DNA of 62,861 nt, filler included, from Chiloscyllium plagiosum (lineage: Eukaryota): NCBI RefSeq assembly GCF_004010195.1. It is 4 parts of one record of this genome, joined end to end, with 100 filler letters (N's around TTAATTAATTAA, not from the genome) between each part and the next. Parts side by side here need not be neighbours in the genome. Positions count along the whole stretch, not along the records: positions 30,013 to 48,011 come from NC_057716.1; positions 48,112 to 55,810 come from NC_057716.1; 2 more parts are not named here. One strand, given 5' to 3'. Of the stretch, positions 35,935-49,151 are shown in pieces. The notes under the pieces were generated by a model. It was given only the letters and a program-made list of their open reading frames with translations, made no database searches and was not told where the DNA came from. Positions within the stretch are counted from its first letter, which is position 1. The number at the start of each line of letters is the position of its first letter. The position numbers and the translations under genes were made by a program.

Positions 35935-38900
35935 ATTGAGCTAATGTAACCCAGTCTTTAATAAAGGGAGAGAGAAAATGGGGAATTATAGGCCTGTTAG
36001 CCTGACATTGGTGATAGGGAAAATGCTGGAGTCAATTATTAAAATATAATAACTGAGCATTTGGAAAGCAGTGACAGAATCAGTCCTAATCAGCTTAGAT
36101 TCACTAAAGGAAAAGCATGCTTGACAAATCTTCTGGAATATTTTGAGGCTATGACCAGTAGAGTGGACAAGGGTGAATCAGTCGATGTTGTGTATCTGGA
36201 CTTTCAAAAGACTTTTGACAAGGTTCCACACAAGAGATTAGGAAGGAAAGTTAAAGGTCATGGTATTGGAGGTAATGCATGGACATTGATAGAGAACTGG
36301 TTGGCAGATAGGAAGCAGAGAGATAGAATAGACGGGTCCTTTTCAGAACGGCAGGCAGTGATAATTGGGATGTTGCAGGGTTCAGTGCTGGGATCTCAGC
36401 TGTTCAGAAGATACATTAACGATTTGGAAGAAAGAATTAAATGTAATATCTCCAAATTTGCAGATGACATTAAGCTGGGTGGCAGTGTGTGTTTTGAGGA
36501 GGGTGCGAAGACACTGCAGGGTAACATGGACAGGTTGGCTAAGTGGGCAAATACTTGTCAAGTGTGAGGTTTTCCACTTTGGTGGCAAAAACAGGAAGGT
36601 ACTTTAGGAAAGGGTGAGGTGCAACAAGACCTGGGTGACATGGTTTAGAAGTTGCTGAAAGTTGGAATGCAGATGCAGCAGACAATGAGGAAAGCTAATG
36701 GCATGCTGGTCTTCATAGTCAGAGGATTTGAATATCGGAGTAAGGATGTCTTATGGCAGTTATTCAGAGCCCTGCGTGTTGTGTGCAGTTTTGGTCTCCT
36801 AATCTGAGGAAGGACATTTTTGTTATTGAGGGAGTCTAACGAAGGTTTACCAGACTGATTCCCAGGATGGCTGGACTGATGTGAGGAATATCTGGATCAA
36901 CTGGGCTTGTACTCACTGGAGTTTAGAATGAGCGGGGAACCTCATACAAACATAAAATCCTGATGGAACTGGGTAGGTTACATGTAGGAAGAATGTTCCC
37001 CAGTTTGGGGAAGTCCCTCTTAGGGAGTAAACTTCAGAGGGAAATCAGGAGGGCAAAAAGGGGACATGAGATAGCTTTGGCAAATGGAATTAAGGAGAAT
37101 CCAAAGGGTTTTTACAAATACATTAAGGACAAAAGGGTAACTGGGGAGAGAATAGGGCCCCTCAAAGATCAGCAAGGCGGCCTTTGTGTGGAGCCACAGA
37201 AAATGGGGGAGATACTAAATGAATATTTTGCATCAGTATTTATTGTGGAAAAGGATATGGAAGATATCCTGTAGGGAAATAGATGGTGACATCTTGCAAA
37301 ATGTCCAGATTACAGAGGAGGAAGTGCTGGATGTCTTGAAACGGTTAAATGTGGATAAGTCCCAGGACCTGATCAGGTGTACCTGAGAACTCTGTGGGAA
37401 GCTAGAGAAGTGATTGCTGGGCCTCTTGCTGAGATATTTCTATCATCAATAGTCACAGGTGAGGTGCTGGAACATTGGCAAACGTGGTGCCACTGTTTAA
37501 GAAGGGCGATAAAGACAAGCCAGGGGACTATAGACCGGTGAGCCTGACGTCGGTGGTGGGCAAGTTGTTGGAGGGAATCCTGAGGGACAGGATGTACATG
37601 TATTTGGAAAGGCAANNNNNNNNNNNNNNNNNNNNNNNNNNNNNNNNNNNNNNNNNNNNNNNNNNNNNNNNNNNNNNNNNNNNNNNNNNNNNNNNNNNNN
37701 NNNNNNNNNNNNNNNNNNNNNNNNNNNNNNNNNNNNNNNNNNNNNNNNNNNNNNNNNNNNNNNNNNNNNNNNNNNNNNNNNNNNNNNNNNNNNNNNNNNN
37801 NNNNNNNNNNNNNNNNNNNNNNNNNNNNNNNNNNNNNNNNNNNNNNNNNNNNNNNNNNNNNNNNNNNNNNNNNNNNNNNNNNNNNNNNNNNNNNNNNNNN
37901 NNNNNNNNNNNNNNNNNNNNNNNNNNNNNNNNNNNNNNNNNNNNNNNNNNNNNNNNNNNNNNNNNNNNNNNNNNNNNNNNNNNNNNNNNNNNNNNNNNNN
38001 NNNNNNNNNNNNNNNNNNNNNNNNNNNNNNNNNNNNNNNNNNNNNNNNNNNNNNNNNNNNNNNNNNNNNNNNNNNNNNNNNNNNNNNNNNNNNNNNNNNN
38101 NNNNNNNNNNNNNNNNNNNNNNNNNNNNNNNNNNNNNNNNNNNNNNNNNNNNNNNNNNNNNNNNNNNNNNNNNNNNNNNNNNNNNNNNNNNNNNNNNNNN
38201 NNNNNNNNNNNNNNNNNNNNNNNNNNNNNNNNNNNNNNNNNNNNNNNNNNNNNNNNNNNNNNNNNNNNNNNNNNNNNNNNNNNNNNNNNNNNNNNNNNNN
38301 NNNNNNNNNNNNNNNNNNNNNNNNNNNNNNNNNNNNNNNNNNNNNNNNNNNCCTTTTCCCTGGGGTCGGGGAGTCCAGAACTAGAGGGCATAGGTTTAGG
38401 GTGAGAGGGGAAAGATATTAAAGAGACCTACAGAGAGTGGTACATGTATGGAATGAGCTGTCAGAGGAAGTGGAGGAGGCTGGTACAATTGCAACATTTA
38501 AGAGGCATTTGGATGGGTATATGAATAGGAAGGATTTGGAGGGATATGGGCCGGGTGCTAGCAGGTGGGACTAGATTGGGTTGGGATATCTGGTTGGCAT
38601 GGACGGATTGGACCGAAGGGTCTGTTTCCATGCTGTACATCTCTATGACTCTAAGTCCAGAACAAGGGCTCACAGGACTGAGCCATTCAGGACTGAGATG
38701 AGGAAGAATTTCTTCAGTCAGAGAATTGTGAACCTGTGGAACTCTCTCCCACAGGAACCTGTTGGGGCCAGTTCATTAGATAGATTCAAGAGGGAGATGG
38801 ATGTGGCCCTTGCAGCTAAAGGGATCAAGGGATATGGGGAGAGTGTGGGAATGGGATACTGAGATTGCATCATCAGCTGTGATCATATTGAACGGTGCAG

Positions 38901-38990
38901 GCTGGAAGGGCCGAATGGTTTTGTTTCTCAACAGATTAGTCATGATCGTGTTGAACAGTGGAGAAACTTGATGGGCTGAATGGTCTGCAC
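35935..38990 (+). mobile_element. Nested CR1 ORF2 copies (older RT 35935-37015; younger copy 37015-38655 across a gap; tails to ~38990)
   Basis: VDVVYLDFQKTFDKVPH, QGSVLG, KFADDIKL; ANVVPLFKKGDKDKPGDYRPVSLTSVVGKLLE. Confidence 0.93.
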
Positions 38991-39087
38991 GTGTGTCTAA
39001 CTCCTAGCTTTGATGTTGAGATGTTCACAGCCTGCATGTCTGCTCTTCCCATTGTCTGCAGGTGGGAAAGTTTTAAATCACTGTTCC

Positions 39088-39142
39088 CTTCTGGGACCCC
39101 CTTCTGGGACCCCCTTCTGGGACCCCCTTCTGGGACCCCTTT
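39088..39142 (+). repeat. 13-bp tandem repeat (TTCTGGGACCCCC) x4
   Basis: Directly visible. Confidence 0.9.
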
Positions 39143-39199
39143 TCCGTTCCCCATTACTAATCCAGAGCATGGCATCCAATCCAAACTCAGGCCTGAAAA

Positions 39200-40680
39200 G
39201 TTACAATCAGACCAGTCAGTCTTACATCGGTGGTGGGCAAATTGTTGCAGAGGATTCTGACAGACAGAATTTATGATTATTTGGAAAACCATAGTTTGAT
39301 TAGAGATAGTCAGCGTGGCTTTGTGAGGGGCAGGTCATGCCTCACAAACCTGATTGTGACAAAACGCACCAATGAAGTTAGAGCAGTGGATGTGGTGTAT
39401 ATGGATTTTAGCAAGGTGTTTGATAAGGTTCGAGCTGAAAAGTGTGTTGCTGGAAAAGTGCAGCAGGTCAGGCAGCATCCAAGGAACAGGAGAATCGACG
39501 TTTCTCCTGCTCCTTGGATGCTGCCTGACCTGCTGCGCTTTTCCAGCAATGCATTTTCAGCTCTGATCTCCAGCATCTGCAGTCCTCACTTTTTCCCAGT
39601 TTGATAAGGTTCCCCATGGTAGGCTCATTCAGAAAGTAAGGAGGCCTGGGATACAGGGAAATCTGTCTGTCTGGATACAGAATTGGCTGGCCCATAGACG
39701 TCAGAGGGTGGTGGTAGATGGAAAGTATTCAGCCTGGAGCTCGGTGACCAGTGGTGTTCTGCAGGGATCTGTTCTGGGGCCTCTGCTCTTTGTGATTTTT
39801 ATAAATTACTTGTATGAGGAAGTGGAAGGTGGGTTAGTAAGTTTGCTGATGACACAAAGGTTGGTGGCATTGTGGATAGTGTGGAGGGTGGGGAGGGCTG
39901 TTGTAGGTTGCAATGGGATATTGACAGGATGCAGATCTGGGCTGAGAAGTGGCAGATGAAATTCAACCTGGAAAAGTGTGAAGTGATTCACTTTGGAAGG
40001 TCAAATTTGAATGCTGAATACTGGGTTAAAGGCAGGATTCTTGGCAGTGTGGAGGAACAGAGAGATCTTGGGGTCTACGCCCACAGATCCCTCAATGTTG
40101 CCACCCAGGTTGATGGGGTTGTTAAGAAGGGGTATAATGTGTTGTCTTTCATTAGCAGGGGGATTGAGTTTAAGAACCGTTGAGGTTATGCTGGAATATT
40201 GTGTTCAGTTCTGGTCACCTCATTATAGGAAGGATGTGGAAGCTTTAGACAGAGTGCAGAGGATTTACCAGGATGCTGCCTGGACTGGAGGGCATGTCTT
40301 ATGAAGAAATGGAGCTAGGGTTTTTCTCATTTGAGCGAAGAAGGGTGAGAGGTGACTTGATAGAGGTGTACAAGATGATGAAAGGCAGAGATAGAGTGGG
40401 TAACCAGAGACTTTTCCCCAGGTGGAAATGGCTATCACAAGGGGGGGCGTAATTTTCAGGTGATTGGAGGAAGGTTCTGTACACAGAGAATGGTGAGTGT
40501 GTGGAATGCACTGCCAGCGATGGGAGTAGAGTCAGAGACATTAGGGACATTTCAGCGACTCTTGGATGGGCGTATGGAAGATAGTACAACGAAGGGTTTG
40601 TGGGTTAGTCAGATCTTAGACTAGGATAAAAGGTTGGCACAACATTGTGGGCTGAAGAGTCTGTACTGATCTATGTTTTA
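39200..40680 (+). mobile_element. CR1 RT and 3' end with a nested Penelope fold-back
   Basis: GRSCLTNLI, VDVVYMDFSK, QGSVLGPLLF and WQMKFNLEKCEVIHFG motifs. Confidence 0.93.
39432..39598. mobile_element. Penelope family-A fold-back insertion with 14-bp target-site duplication
   Basis: GTTTGATAAGGTTC at 39418-39431 and 39599-39612; arms switch strand at the GACGTTTC of the hammerhead. Confidence 0.9.
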
Positions 40681-42589
40681 TGTAAGCACATAACCTGCAT
40701 GCTGCAAGTCCTGTTTGTAATTCTGTATTTTCTGTGGATCTGGTCTCTCCTCTCTGCTGCTGCTATTTGATGCTCCACCCCTCCCTGAATTATTTGAGAC
40801 CCATCACCTTCAGAATGATTGAGCCCTGAACAAGATTATGGTGGTGTTCCCCAGGTCTGCCTGGTCCTCCTGCCCATCTCCCTTAGCCAGTCTGAATCTC
40901 CCAGGAATTTGCCCCAGGAATCAGATGCTTCCAAATAAACGTGTTGGACTAAAACCTGGTGTTGGGTGATTTTTAAGTTTGTACACCCCAGTCCAACACC
41001 GGCTCCTCCTAACCAGGAATTTGAAACGATCTACCCTGTGTCACATCATCTGCTCCCTCATTTAGTTTGATCCACATCAGCACTCCTGGTATTCCTGAGA
41101 TAATCGATTCCAGCTCCATCTTTCTGATCGTTTCCCTGGATTCTGAAGAGCTGCCTGCTGAACCTCCACCTCACTGTTTACTCTGATGTGGCAAGGGCAG
41201 GGTTTGGCTGTTACCTTTTGCAGATTACCCAGCACTCACTTGGTTTTATCCTTTCTCCATGAGGTGTGTATGTATCTGTATTCTGAAAGGGTATATCTCT
41301 ATCATAGCACCAATGCGTGCACAACCACCTGCTGGGTATAATTGGTGAGATTACAGTTTGATAAATATGCTGGATGCATGTTAACTCTGTTGGCAAAGAG
41401 CAAACAGAGACACAGTTCACCAGCAGCTGCCTCCAGGCAAGCCTGTCAGAGCAGGTTTAAATACACACGCATCGATTGGAACTGCAGACCCTTCTTTCCC
41501 AGGCAGACAGCTCCATTCTCTGGGCTTTATTCACTGCTAAAGAGGATGTCCCTCATCCCTCTGCCCTGCGGGAATGATCGAGTCTGAGCATTGAGTACTC
41601 CTGCCTGAGCAGACTGTTCCATGTGTGTTCAGGGGAAGTGAGTCAAAGGCTGGATCCTGCCTGTATTGTCAGCTGGAGCTCTGGCAACACTGCACTGTCA
41701 GAGTTGGTACCTTTCAGATGTGATATTAAACAGGAGAGCGTTAATCCATGAATGGTCACAAATGGTAGTAAATACTTGCCTCATCAGCGATGCCCACATC
41801 CCAGGACAGAGTTAAAAAATGCAGTAAGTTCCCTCGTGTCCTGGGACTAATAACTATCCTCAAAAAACATTTATCTCTCCATAGAGCTTGCCTTGCGCAG
41901 ATCAGCTTCTGAAGTTGTGACAGTGACTGCATCTCATACCATTAGACACGTGGGGATTTTCTGCTGTCTTTCTGGAGAGAAACAATATGTAGGGTCCTGG
42001 GAGAAAAAACAGGGTTTGACACTAAGTCAGAACACTCAGCCAGCTGGCATAAACCCAATGGGCTGAATGGTCTCCTGCTACACCGTGACAATTTGGAGAT
42101 TGTGATCTCGTTCCCTTGGTGATGTCCACTGGGGTCTCAGTGCCACGTTAAGGCACGTGGGGGAGGTTTGGACCTGTCATGAGACCCAGACAGGATGGCT
42201 GCAGACATTTGAGATCTGTCTGAGATCCAGCGGCTGGAACCAGTAACGAGAATCTGTGAGGCAGATGACTACATGAGAGCACAGTCAGAGAGATGGTGAT
42301 AGACAGGGCAGCTATGCAATGGCAATCTGAGGGAAACAGGCAGGTGATGCAGGAATTCCCAACCATCCCACACTGAGTGGAAGAACACAGGTTTTCTGAG
42401 GAAAAGTCATCCCGGACTAACCGTGCTGGTGCTGCGTCTGCCTCCAGCGATGCTGCCAGACCTGCTGAGCATCTGCAGCATTCCCTGTGTCTCTGCTGGT
42501 CACTAAACAGTTTTCCATTCTGGATATCGGTGAGGGATATAGATCCTTGAAGTCAGCAAGTAGCTGCTAGCACTGACTGAGAGAGGAAG

Positions 42590-42815
42590 GTGTGACGTGA
42601 GGTCCTGCAATTAGAGAAACAGGGGGGTTAAGCAGGTGAATGTCTGGCTGGAAAGATGATGCAGGAGGGACAGTTTTAGATTCCTGAGACACTGGGCCTG
42701 GATCAGGGGACGATGGCATCTGTACAAACATGATGGTCCGCACCCGAACAGAGGCAGCACTGAGCTCGTCCTGAGGAATTGTGCTTGTGCTGTTGGAAGG
42801 GTTTTAAATGAACCT
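42590..42815 (+). mobile_element. CR1 ORF1 esterase fragment
   Basis: VNVWLER*CRRDSFRFLRHWAWIRGRWHLYKHDGPHP. Confidence 0.65.
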
Positions 42816-43104
42816 GACTCAGGCGTGGGATTCAAGAGAGAATAGGGTTAGTGATAGGATTAGAAAAACCGACCAGAGTGCAAGAACATGCTGGAACAGG
42901 TGATAGAACTAAAGTGGAGAGTTATAAACAAAGACCTGGAGCTAGAGTAAGAGAGACAGTAATGATGTGACATGGTGTGTTAATGTAGGGAGAGCGGGGA
43001 GTAATGTTGGGGAGTTACCTGTAGATTGCAGTGTGTGATTATGATGTTATAGTGCTGCCAGAGACCTAGCTCTGACTGTAGGACCAGGTTTTAAATATTC
43101 CTGG

Positions 43105-44305
43105 GTCAATCTCCCTGAGGTAACAGTGGCTGAAGGACCTGAACTTAAGGCAATTTATATTTGCCAGGATTTGGTGTTGGAGAGACTGTTAGGTCTGAAG
43201 GTTGATAAGTCTCCGGGGCCTGATGGTCTGCATCCCAGGGTACTGAAGGAGGTGGCTCGGGAAATCGTGGATGCGTTGGTGATTATTTTCCCGAGTTCAA
43301 TAGATTCGGGGTCGGTTCCTGAGGATTGGAGGGTGGCTAATGTTATACCACTTTTGTTAGTCTGACCTCAGTGGTGGGAAAGATCCTGGAGTCTATTATA
43401 AAGGATGAAATTACTGCACACCTGAATAGTAGTAACAGGATAGGTCAGAGTCAGCATGGATTTATGAAGGGGAAATCATGCTTGACTAATCTTCTTGAAT
43501 TTTTTTGAGGATGTAACTCTGAAGTTGGACGAGGGAGATCCAGTAGATGTAGTGTACCTGGACTTTCAGAAAGCTTTTGATAAAGTCCCACACAGGAGGA
43601 AAGTGAGTAAAATTAGGGCGCANNNNNNNNNNNNNNNNNNNNNNNNNNNNNNNNNNNNNNNNNNNNNNNNNNNNNNNNNNNNNNNNNNNNNNNNNNNNNN
43701 NNNNNNNNNNNNNNNNNNNNNNNNNNNNNNNNNNNNNNNNNNNNNNNNNNNNNNNNNNNNNNNNNNNNNNNNNNNNNNNNNNNNNNNNNNNNNNNNNNNN
43801 NNNNNNNNNNNNNNNNNNNNNNNNNNNNNNNNNNNNNNNNNNNNNNNNNNNNNNNNNNNNNNNNNNNNNNNNNNNNNNNNNNNNNNNNNNNNNNNNNNNN
43901 NNNNNNNNNNNNNNNNNNNNNNNNNNNNNNNNNNNNNNNNNNNNNNNNNNNNNNNNNNNNNNNNNNNNNNNNNNNNNNNNNNNNNNNNNNNNNNNNNNNN
44001 NNNNNNNNNNNNNNNNNNNNNNNNNNNNNNNNNNNNNNNNNNNNNNNNNNNNNNNNNNNNNNNNNTCTTCACTCAGAGAGTGGTGGCTGTGTGGAATGCT
44101 CTGCCCCAGAGGGCAGTAGAGGCCTAGTCTCTGGATTCATTTAAGAAAGAGTTGGATAGAGCTCTCAAAGATAGTGGAATCAAGGGTTATGGAGATAAGG
44201 CAGGAACAGGATACTGATTAGGAATGATCAGCCATGATCATAATGAATGGTGGTGCAGGCTTGAAGGGCTGAATGGCCTACTCCTGCACCTATTGTCTAT
44301 TGTCT
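43105..44305 (+). mobile_element. CR1 RT and 3' end across a gap
   Basis: GLKVDKSPGPDGLHPRVLKE, YLDFQKAFDKVPH and FTQRVVAVWNALPQ; (CTATTGT)n tail. Confidence 0.93.
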
Positions 44306-44609
44306 AGTTCAAGAAATGTACAAAAGGAAAGAGAGGAGGAGGATGAGCAGGATTGATTGAGGCGGATATTGTGGTGTTAAAGAAGGACGCTGTCTCCGAG
44401 GGTTCAAGGACAGAGTTGGTGTGTCTCGAGCTAAGGAACAAAGCATTGCTCAGTGTAAACACTGGACCACCAACAAGAGGCCATGAGCACAGATGGCCAA
44501 ATCCGCACAGAAACTGCAGAGATCTGCCAGCGTTGTTGGGTAGTTTCAATGGGAGGTTTGAACTACCCAAATTTAGAGCTGGGTTAGTTGTGGGTCCAAA
44601 TCCTCTTCA

Positions 44610-44760
44610 GCAGAAATGGGTACTGCAGATGCTGGAGATCAGAGTCGAGAATGTGTTGCTGGAAAAGCGCAGCAGGTCCGGCAACATTCGAGGAGCAGGA
44701 AAGTCAATGTTTTGGGCAAAAGCCCTTCATTAGCTCCTCGGATACTGCCTGACCTGCTGT
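44610..44760. mobile_element. Penelope family-A tail with inversion at the hammerhead
   Basis: Minus tail ending ...GGGCAAAAGCCCTTCAT, then plus GCTCCTCGGATACTGCCTGACCTGCTG. Confidence 0.8.
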
Positions 44761-45859
44761 CCTACAAATCTCCTTATGTTACATTCAGGAGAGTGCTCGA
44801 ATGCAGTGTGTACCCTGTCCGGTGATAAAGCAGACTCTGCCAGGCCCAGGCCTAGTTCTTGGGAATGAGCTGGGTCAAGTAGATCAAATGTCATTAGGGA
44901 GCACTTAGGAGACAGTGATCATTGTATCATAAGGTTCAGGCTGGTGGTGGACAGCGATAACTAACTGGTAACCAGGCGGCAATGTCAATAGGGCAAGGAT
45001 TGAACTGGGCCGAATGGACAGGTGGGGACAGCAGAAGCTGAACAATGAGCTCCTTTTAAAGAAGAGATGATTTAGGCTCAGCCAAGATATAATTCTTGAA
45101 GAGGGGACTGGGAGGAAACACAGACCCAGAGCTTTTAGGATGACAGAGGAGGTAAAGAATATGTGAAAGGGATTTATTACAGGGGTCAGATATTAAATAG
45201 AATTGAGAACCAACAAGAACACAAAGTTTCAGGGGAGGTGAAACATCAAATAACTGAAACAGAAAGGGACAATGGGAAAAGACAGCAGCTAACATAAGGA
45301 GGAATCCCAAAGCCTGCTCCGGGTTTATAAACAGTTAGAGAGGAGGTGAAAGGGAGCGTCAGGCTGATTAGAGCCCAGAAAGAGGATTTACAGACAGAGA
45401 CAGATGTGCTGGGGTGGGCGTGAGGCTGAGGTGTTGCTTCAGGACGTGATGACAGAGAAGGGGACTCTGTCACTAGGCAGCTTAACATTAATAAGGGAGA
45501 AGGGATTGGATAGATTGCTGATACTTAACCTTCACAAGACACCAGAATCGATGAGATGCATCAACTGATTTTGAAAGAATTGATGGTAGAAAGTACAGAG
45601 GCATTCGCCAGAATCTGTCAGTCTTCCTTAGACTCAGGGGAGGTACCGGGAGATAGAAGAATTCAAATGTAAAGGAAGCCTGAGTCAAGGAACATTAATT
45701 GGCCTGGTAATTACACATCATTCAGTCTAATTTTGGAAATGTGGAAACTTTTAGAAATGATTATTTAGGATGAACTTGGTAATCACATGGAAAAATGTTT
45801 TTGCTGGCATTCCTCAGGAGTTGAGAAACATCAGCCATAAACAAATATTAGAGCAACCT

Positions 45860-46770
45860 CAGAGTCATAGAGTCCTCCATCCCGGAAACAGACCCTTCGG
45901 TCCAACCAGTCCGGGCCGATCATAATCCCAAACCAAACACGCCCCCGCTGCCTGCTCCTGGCCCATAACTCTCCAAACCTTTCCTATTCATGTCCTTATC
46001 CAAATGTCTTATAAATTGCATCCCCTTTTTTCTCAGGAAGTTCATTCTACAAATGACTCGCACTGTGTAAAAACATTACTCCTTATGTCTTTTTAAAATC
46101 TTTCTCCTCTTTCCTCACAAATTTGCGTCCAAATCTTGGAATTCGCCACCCCAGGGAAAAGACACCTGCTATTTACATTATCAAAGTAGGTATGTCCCTG
46201 GGTCCTGATGGGATCTATCTCTGAATATTGAGGAGGGGGGTGGGGGGTGGGGGGCAACAACAAATTGCTGGAGCATTGACAAACATCTTTGTATCCTCTT
46301 TGGCCACAGGTGAGGTCCCAGAGGACTGGAGAATAGTTAATGTTGTGCATTTGTTTAAGAAGGGTATACGGGACAATCCTGGAAAGTACAGGCCTGTGAG
46401 CCTGATGTTAGTGGTAGGGAAATTATTGGAAAAGGTTCTCAGAGACAAGATCTCTGCACACTCAGAAGCAAACGGAGTGATTAGCGATAGACAGCATGGG
46501 TTTGTGTGGGGAAGGTCGAGCTTCACTAACTTGGTCGAGTTTTTTGAGGAGGTGAAAAAAGATGATTGATGAGGGAAAAGCAGCTGATGTGGTCGTCATG
46601 GACCTCAGTAAAGCCTTTGACAAGGTCCCTCATGGCAGACTGGTACAAAAGATGAAGTAACGTGGTATCAGGGGTGAGCTGGCAAGATGGATACAGAACT
46701 GGCTTTGACATAGGAGACAGAGGGTAACGGTGGAAGGATGCTTTTCACAATGGAGGGCTGTGACTGGTGG
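45860..46770. mobile_element. CR1 fragments (minus 3' end to ~46185; plus RT ~46190-46770)
   Basis: GEVPEDWRIVNV...GKYRPVSL...QHGFVWGRS. Confidence 0.88.
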
Positions 46771-46771
46771 T

Positions 46772-48011
46772 GTTCTACAGGGGTGACCAACTCAACATGG
46801 ACATTTACTACAAACCGACCGACTCCCACAGCTACCTGGACTACACCGCCTCCCACCCTGCCCCCTGTAAAAACACCATCCCATATTCTCAATTCCTTCG
46901 CCTTCGCCGCATCTGCTCCCAGGAGGACCAGTTCCATTACCGTACAACACAGATGGCCTCCTTCAAAGGCTGCAATTTCCCCTCAGACGTGGTTGACGAT
47001 GCTCTCCACCGCATCTCCTCCACCCTTCAGCCCCGCCCCTCCAATCACCACCATGACAGAACCCTGGGCGGCACGGTGGCACAGTGGTTAGCACTGCAGC
47101 CTCACAGCACCAGGGACCCGGGTTCAATTCCCCCCTCAGGCGATTCTGTGTGGAGTTTGCACGTTCTCCCCGTGTCTGCGTGGGTTTGCTCCGGTTTCCT
47201 CCCACAGTACAAAGATGTGCAGGGTCAGGTGAATTGGCCGTGCTAAATTGCCCGTAGTGTTAGGTAAGGGGTAAATGTAGGGGTATGGGTGGGTTGCGCT
47301 TCGGCGGGTCGGTGTGGACTTGTTGGGCCGAAGGGCCTGTTTCCACACTGTAAAGTAATCTAATCTAATCTAAAAAACCTCACTGGTCCTCACCTGCCAC
47401 CCCACCAACCTCCAGATACATCGTATCATCCTCCGTCATTTCTGCCATCTCCAAACAGACCCCACCACCAGGGATATATTTCCCTCCCCTCCCCTATCAG
47501 CGTTCTGGAGAGACCACTCCCTCCGTGACTCCCTTGTCAGGTCCACACCCCCCACCAACCCAACCTCCACACCCGGCACCTTCCCCTGCAACCGCAAGAA
47601 ATGCAAAACTTGCGCCCACACCTCCCCCCTCACCTCCGTCCAAGTGCCCAAGGGACACTTCCATATCCGCCACTAATTCACCTGCACCTCCACGCACATC
47701 ATTTACTGCATCCGCTGCACCCGATGTGGCCTCCTCTACATTGGGGAGACAGGCCGCCTACTTGCGGAACGTTTCAGAGAACACCTCTGGGACACCCGCA
47801 CAAACCCAACTGCCCCGTGGCTGAACACTTCAACTCCCCCTCCCACTCCAAGGACATACGGGTCCTTGGCCTCCTCCATCGCCAGACCATGGCAACACGA
47901 CGCCTGGAGGAAGAGCGCCTCATCTTCCGCCTAGGAACCCTCCAACCACAAGGGATGAATGCAGATTTCTCCAGCTTCCTCATTTCCCCTCCCCCCCACC
48001 TTATCTCAGTC
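46772..48011 (+). mobile_element. Penelope-like element (RT C-terminus plus GIY-YIG) interrupted by an HE1 SINE
   Basis: DIYYKPTDSHSYLDYTASHP.PCKNTIPYSQFLRLRRICS; CNRKKCKTC; IIYCIRCTRCGLLYIGETGR; RLEEERLIFRLGTLQP. Confidence 0.95.
47066..47372 (+). mobile_element. Full-length young HE1-type SINE
   Basis: GGGCGGCACGGTGGCACAGTGG A box, GGTTCAATTCC B box, (AATCT)n tail. Confidence 0.93.
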
Positions 48012-48111
48012 NNNNNNNNNNNNNNNNNNNNNNNNNNNNNNNNNNNNNNNNNNNNTTAATTAATTAANNNNNNNNNNNNNNNNNNNNNNNNNNNNNNNNN
48101 NNNNNNNNNNN
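48012..48111. other. Artificial contig-joining spacer
   Basis: N44-TTAATTAATTAA-N44. Confidence 0.97.
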
Positions 48112-48605
48112 ATCCTTTTATTCCTCACATACCTATAGAAAGCTTTAGGATTCTCCTTTATTCTATTTGCTAAAGAATGCTCGTGTCCTCTCTTTGCTCT
48201 TCTTAACTCTCTCTTTAAATCCTTCCTAGCTGATCTGTAACTCTCCATCGCCTCATCTGAACCATCTCGTCTCATCAACACATAAACCTCCTTCTTCTTC
48301 TGCTTAACAATTTCTGTAGTAAACCACAGTTCCCTTACCTTATCACTTCGTCCCTGCCTGACAGGGACATACCTATCAAGGACACGCAATATCTGTTCCT
48401 TAAACCAGCTCCACATTTCCATTGACCCCATCCCCTGCATTTTGCTACCCCATTCTATGCATCCTAATTCTTGCCCAATCACATTATAATTTGCCTTGCC
48501 CCATCGATAACTCTTGACCAGTGGCATGTACCTATCCCTTTCCATCGCTAAACTAAACGTAACTGAATTATGGTCACCCTCACCAAAGTGCTCACCTTCC
48601 CACAC
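48112..48605 (-). mobile_element. CR1 ORF2 fragment
   Basis: GEHFGEGDHNSVTF...KRGHEHSLANRIKENPKAFY. Confidence 0.9.
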
Positions 48606-48659
48606 TGAACTGAATTAAAATCAGACCTTTTAATCACTCTGCTCTTTGATTGGTTCATA

Positions 48660-49120
48660 GCTCTCCCCCTCTCTTTCCTCTCCCTCTCTCACTCACTGAC
48701 TCTATCTCTCCCTCTCCAAGCCTCATTCTCTCTCTTTTTCTCCCTTCCTCCCTCTCCTACTCCTCCTCTCCTTGCTCACTCACTCTCTTTCTCTCTCTCC
48801 CATTTTCATGCTTTGTCTCCTTTCTCTCTCTCTCTTTTTCTTTCTTTCTTTCTCTCTCCCATATTTCTTATCCTCTCTCTCTCTCTCTCGCCTTTCCTTA
48901 TATCTCTGATCTTCTCCGTTGCTCCTCTCTGTGTTACTGTCCTGGTTTGTGGTCTCAGTGCTGGGCAGAGCCCCCCCCCGCTTGGAGTGCTTGCTTCTCT
49001 CGGAGCTGCCCAATTACTGGATGTTGAAGCTGGCTTTGGGATAAGTGGTTCCTGTCTCTCAATTATCTCCATCTCCACCATCTCTTTCTGTTATTAGAGT
49101 GATTTGGTTTGCTAACTTCA

Positions 49121-49150
<30 letters not shown>
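48660..49150 (+). repeat. CT-rich low-complexity tract and (CT)n microsatellite
   Basis: Directly visible. Confidence 0.9.

Positions 49151-49151
<1 letters not shown>

Noticed and set aside
37475..38404. Long ORFs spanning N runs (also 43495, 50319, 50606)
   Set aside because: Length is an artefact of the gaps; the flanks are CR1 ORF2.
41342..41587. Next SMARCAL1 exon (YTRID resembles HIRIDG)
   Set aside because: No DGST or LSITAA motif and no suitable acceptor; chance similarity.
48650..49097. Ser/Leu-rich and Arg/Glu-rich ORFs
   Set aside because: Translations of the CT/GA microsatellite.
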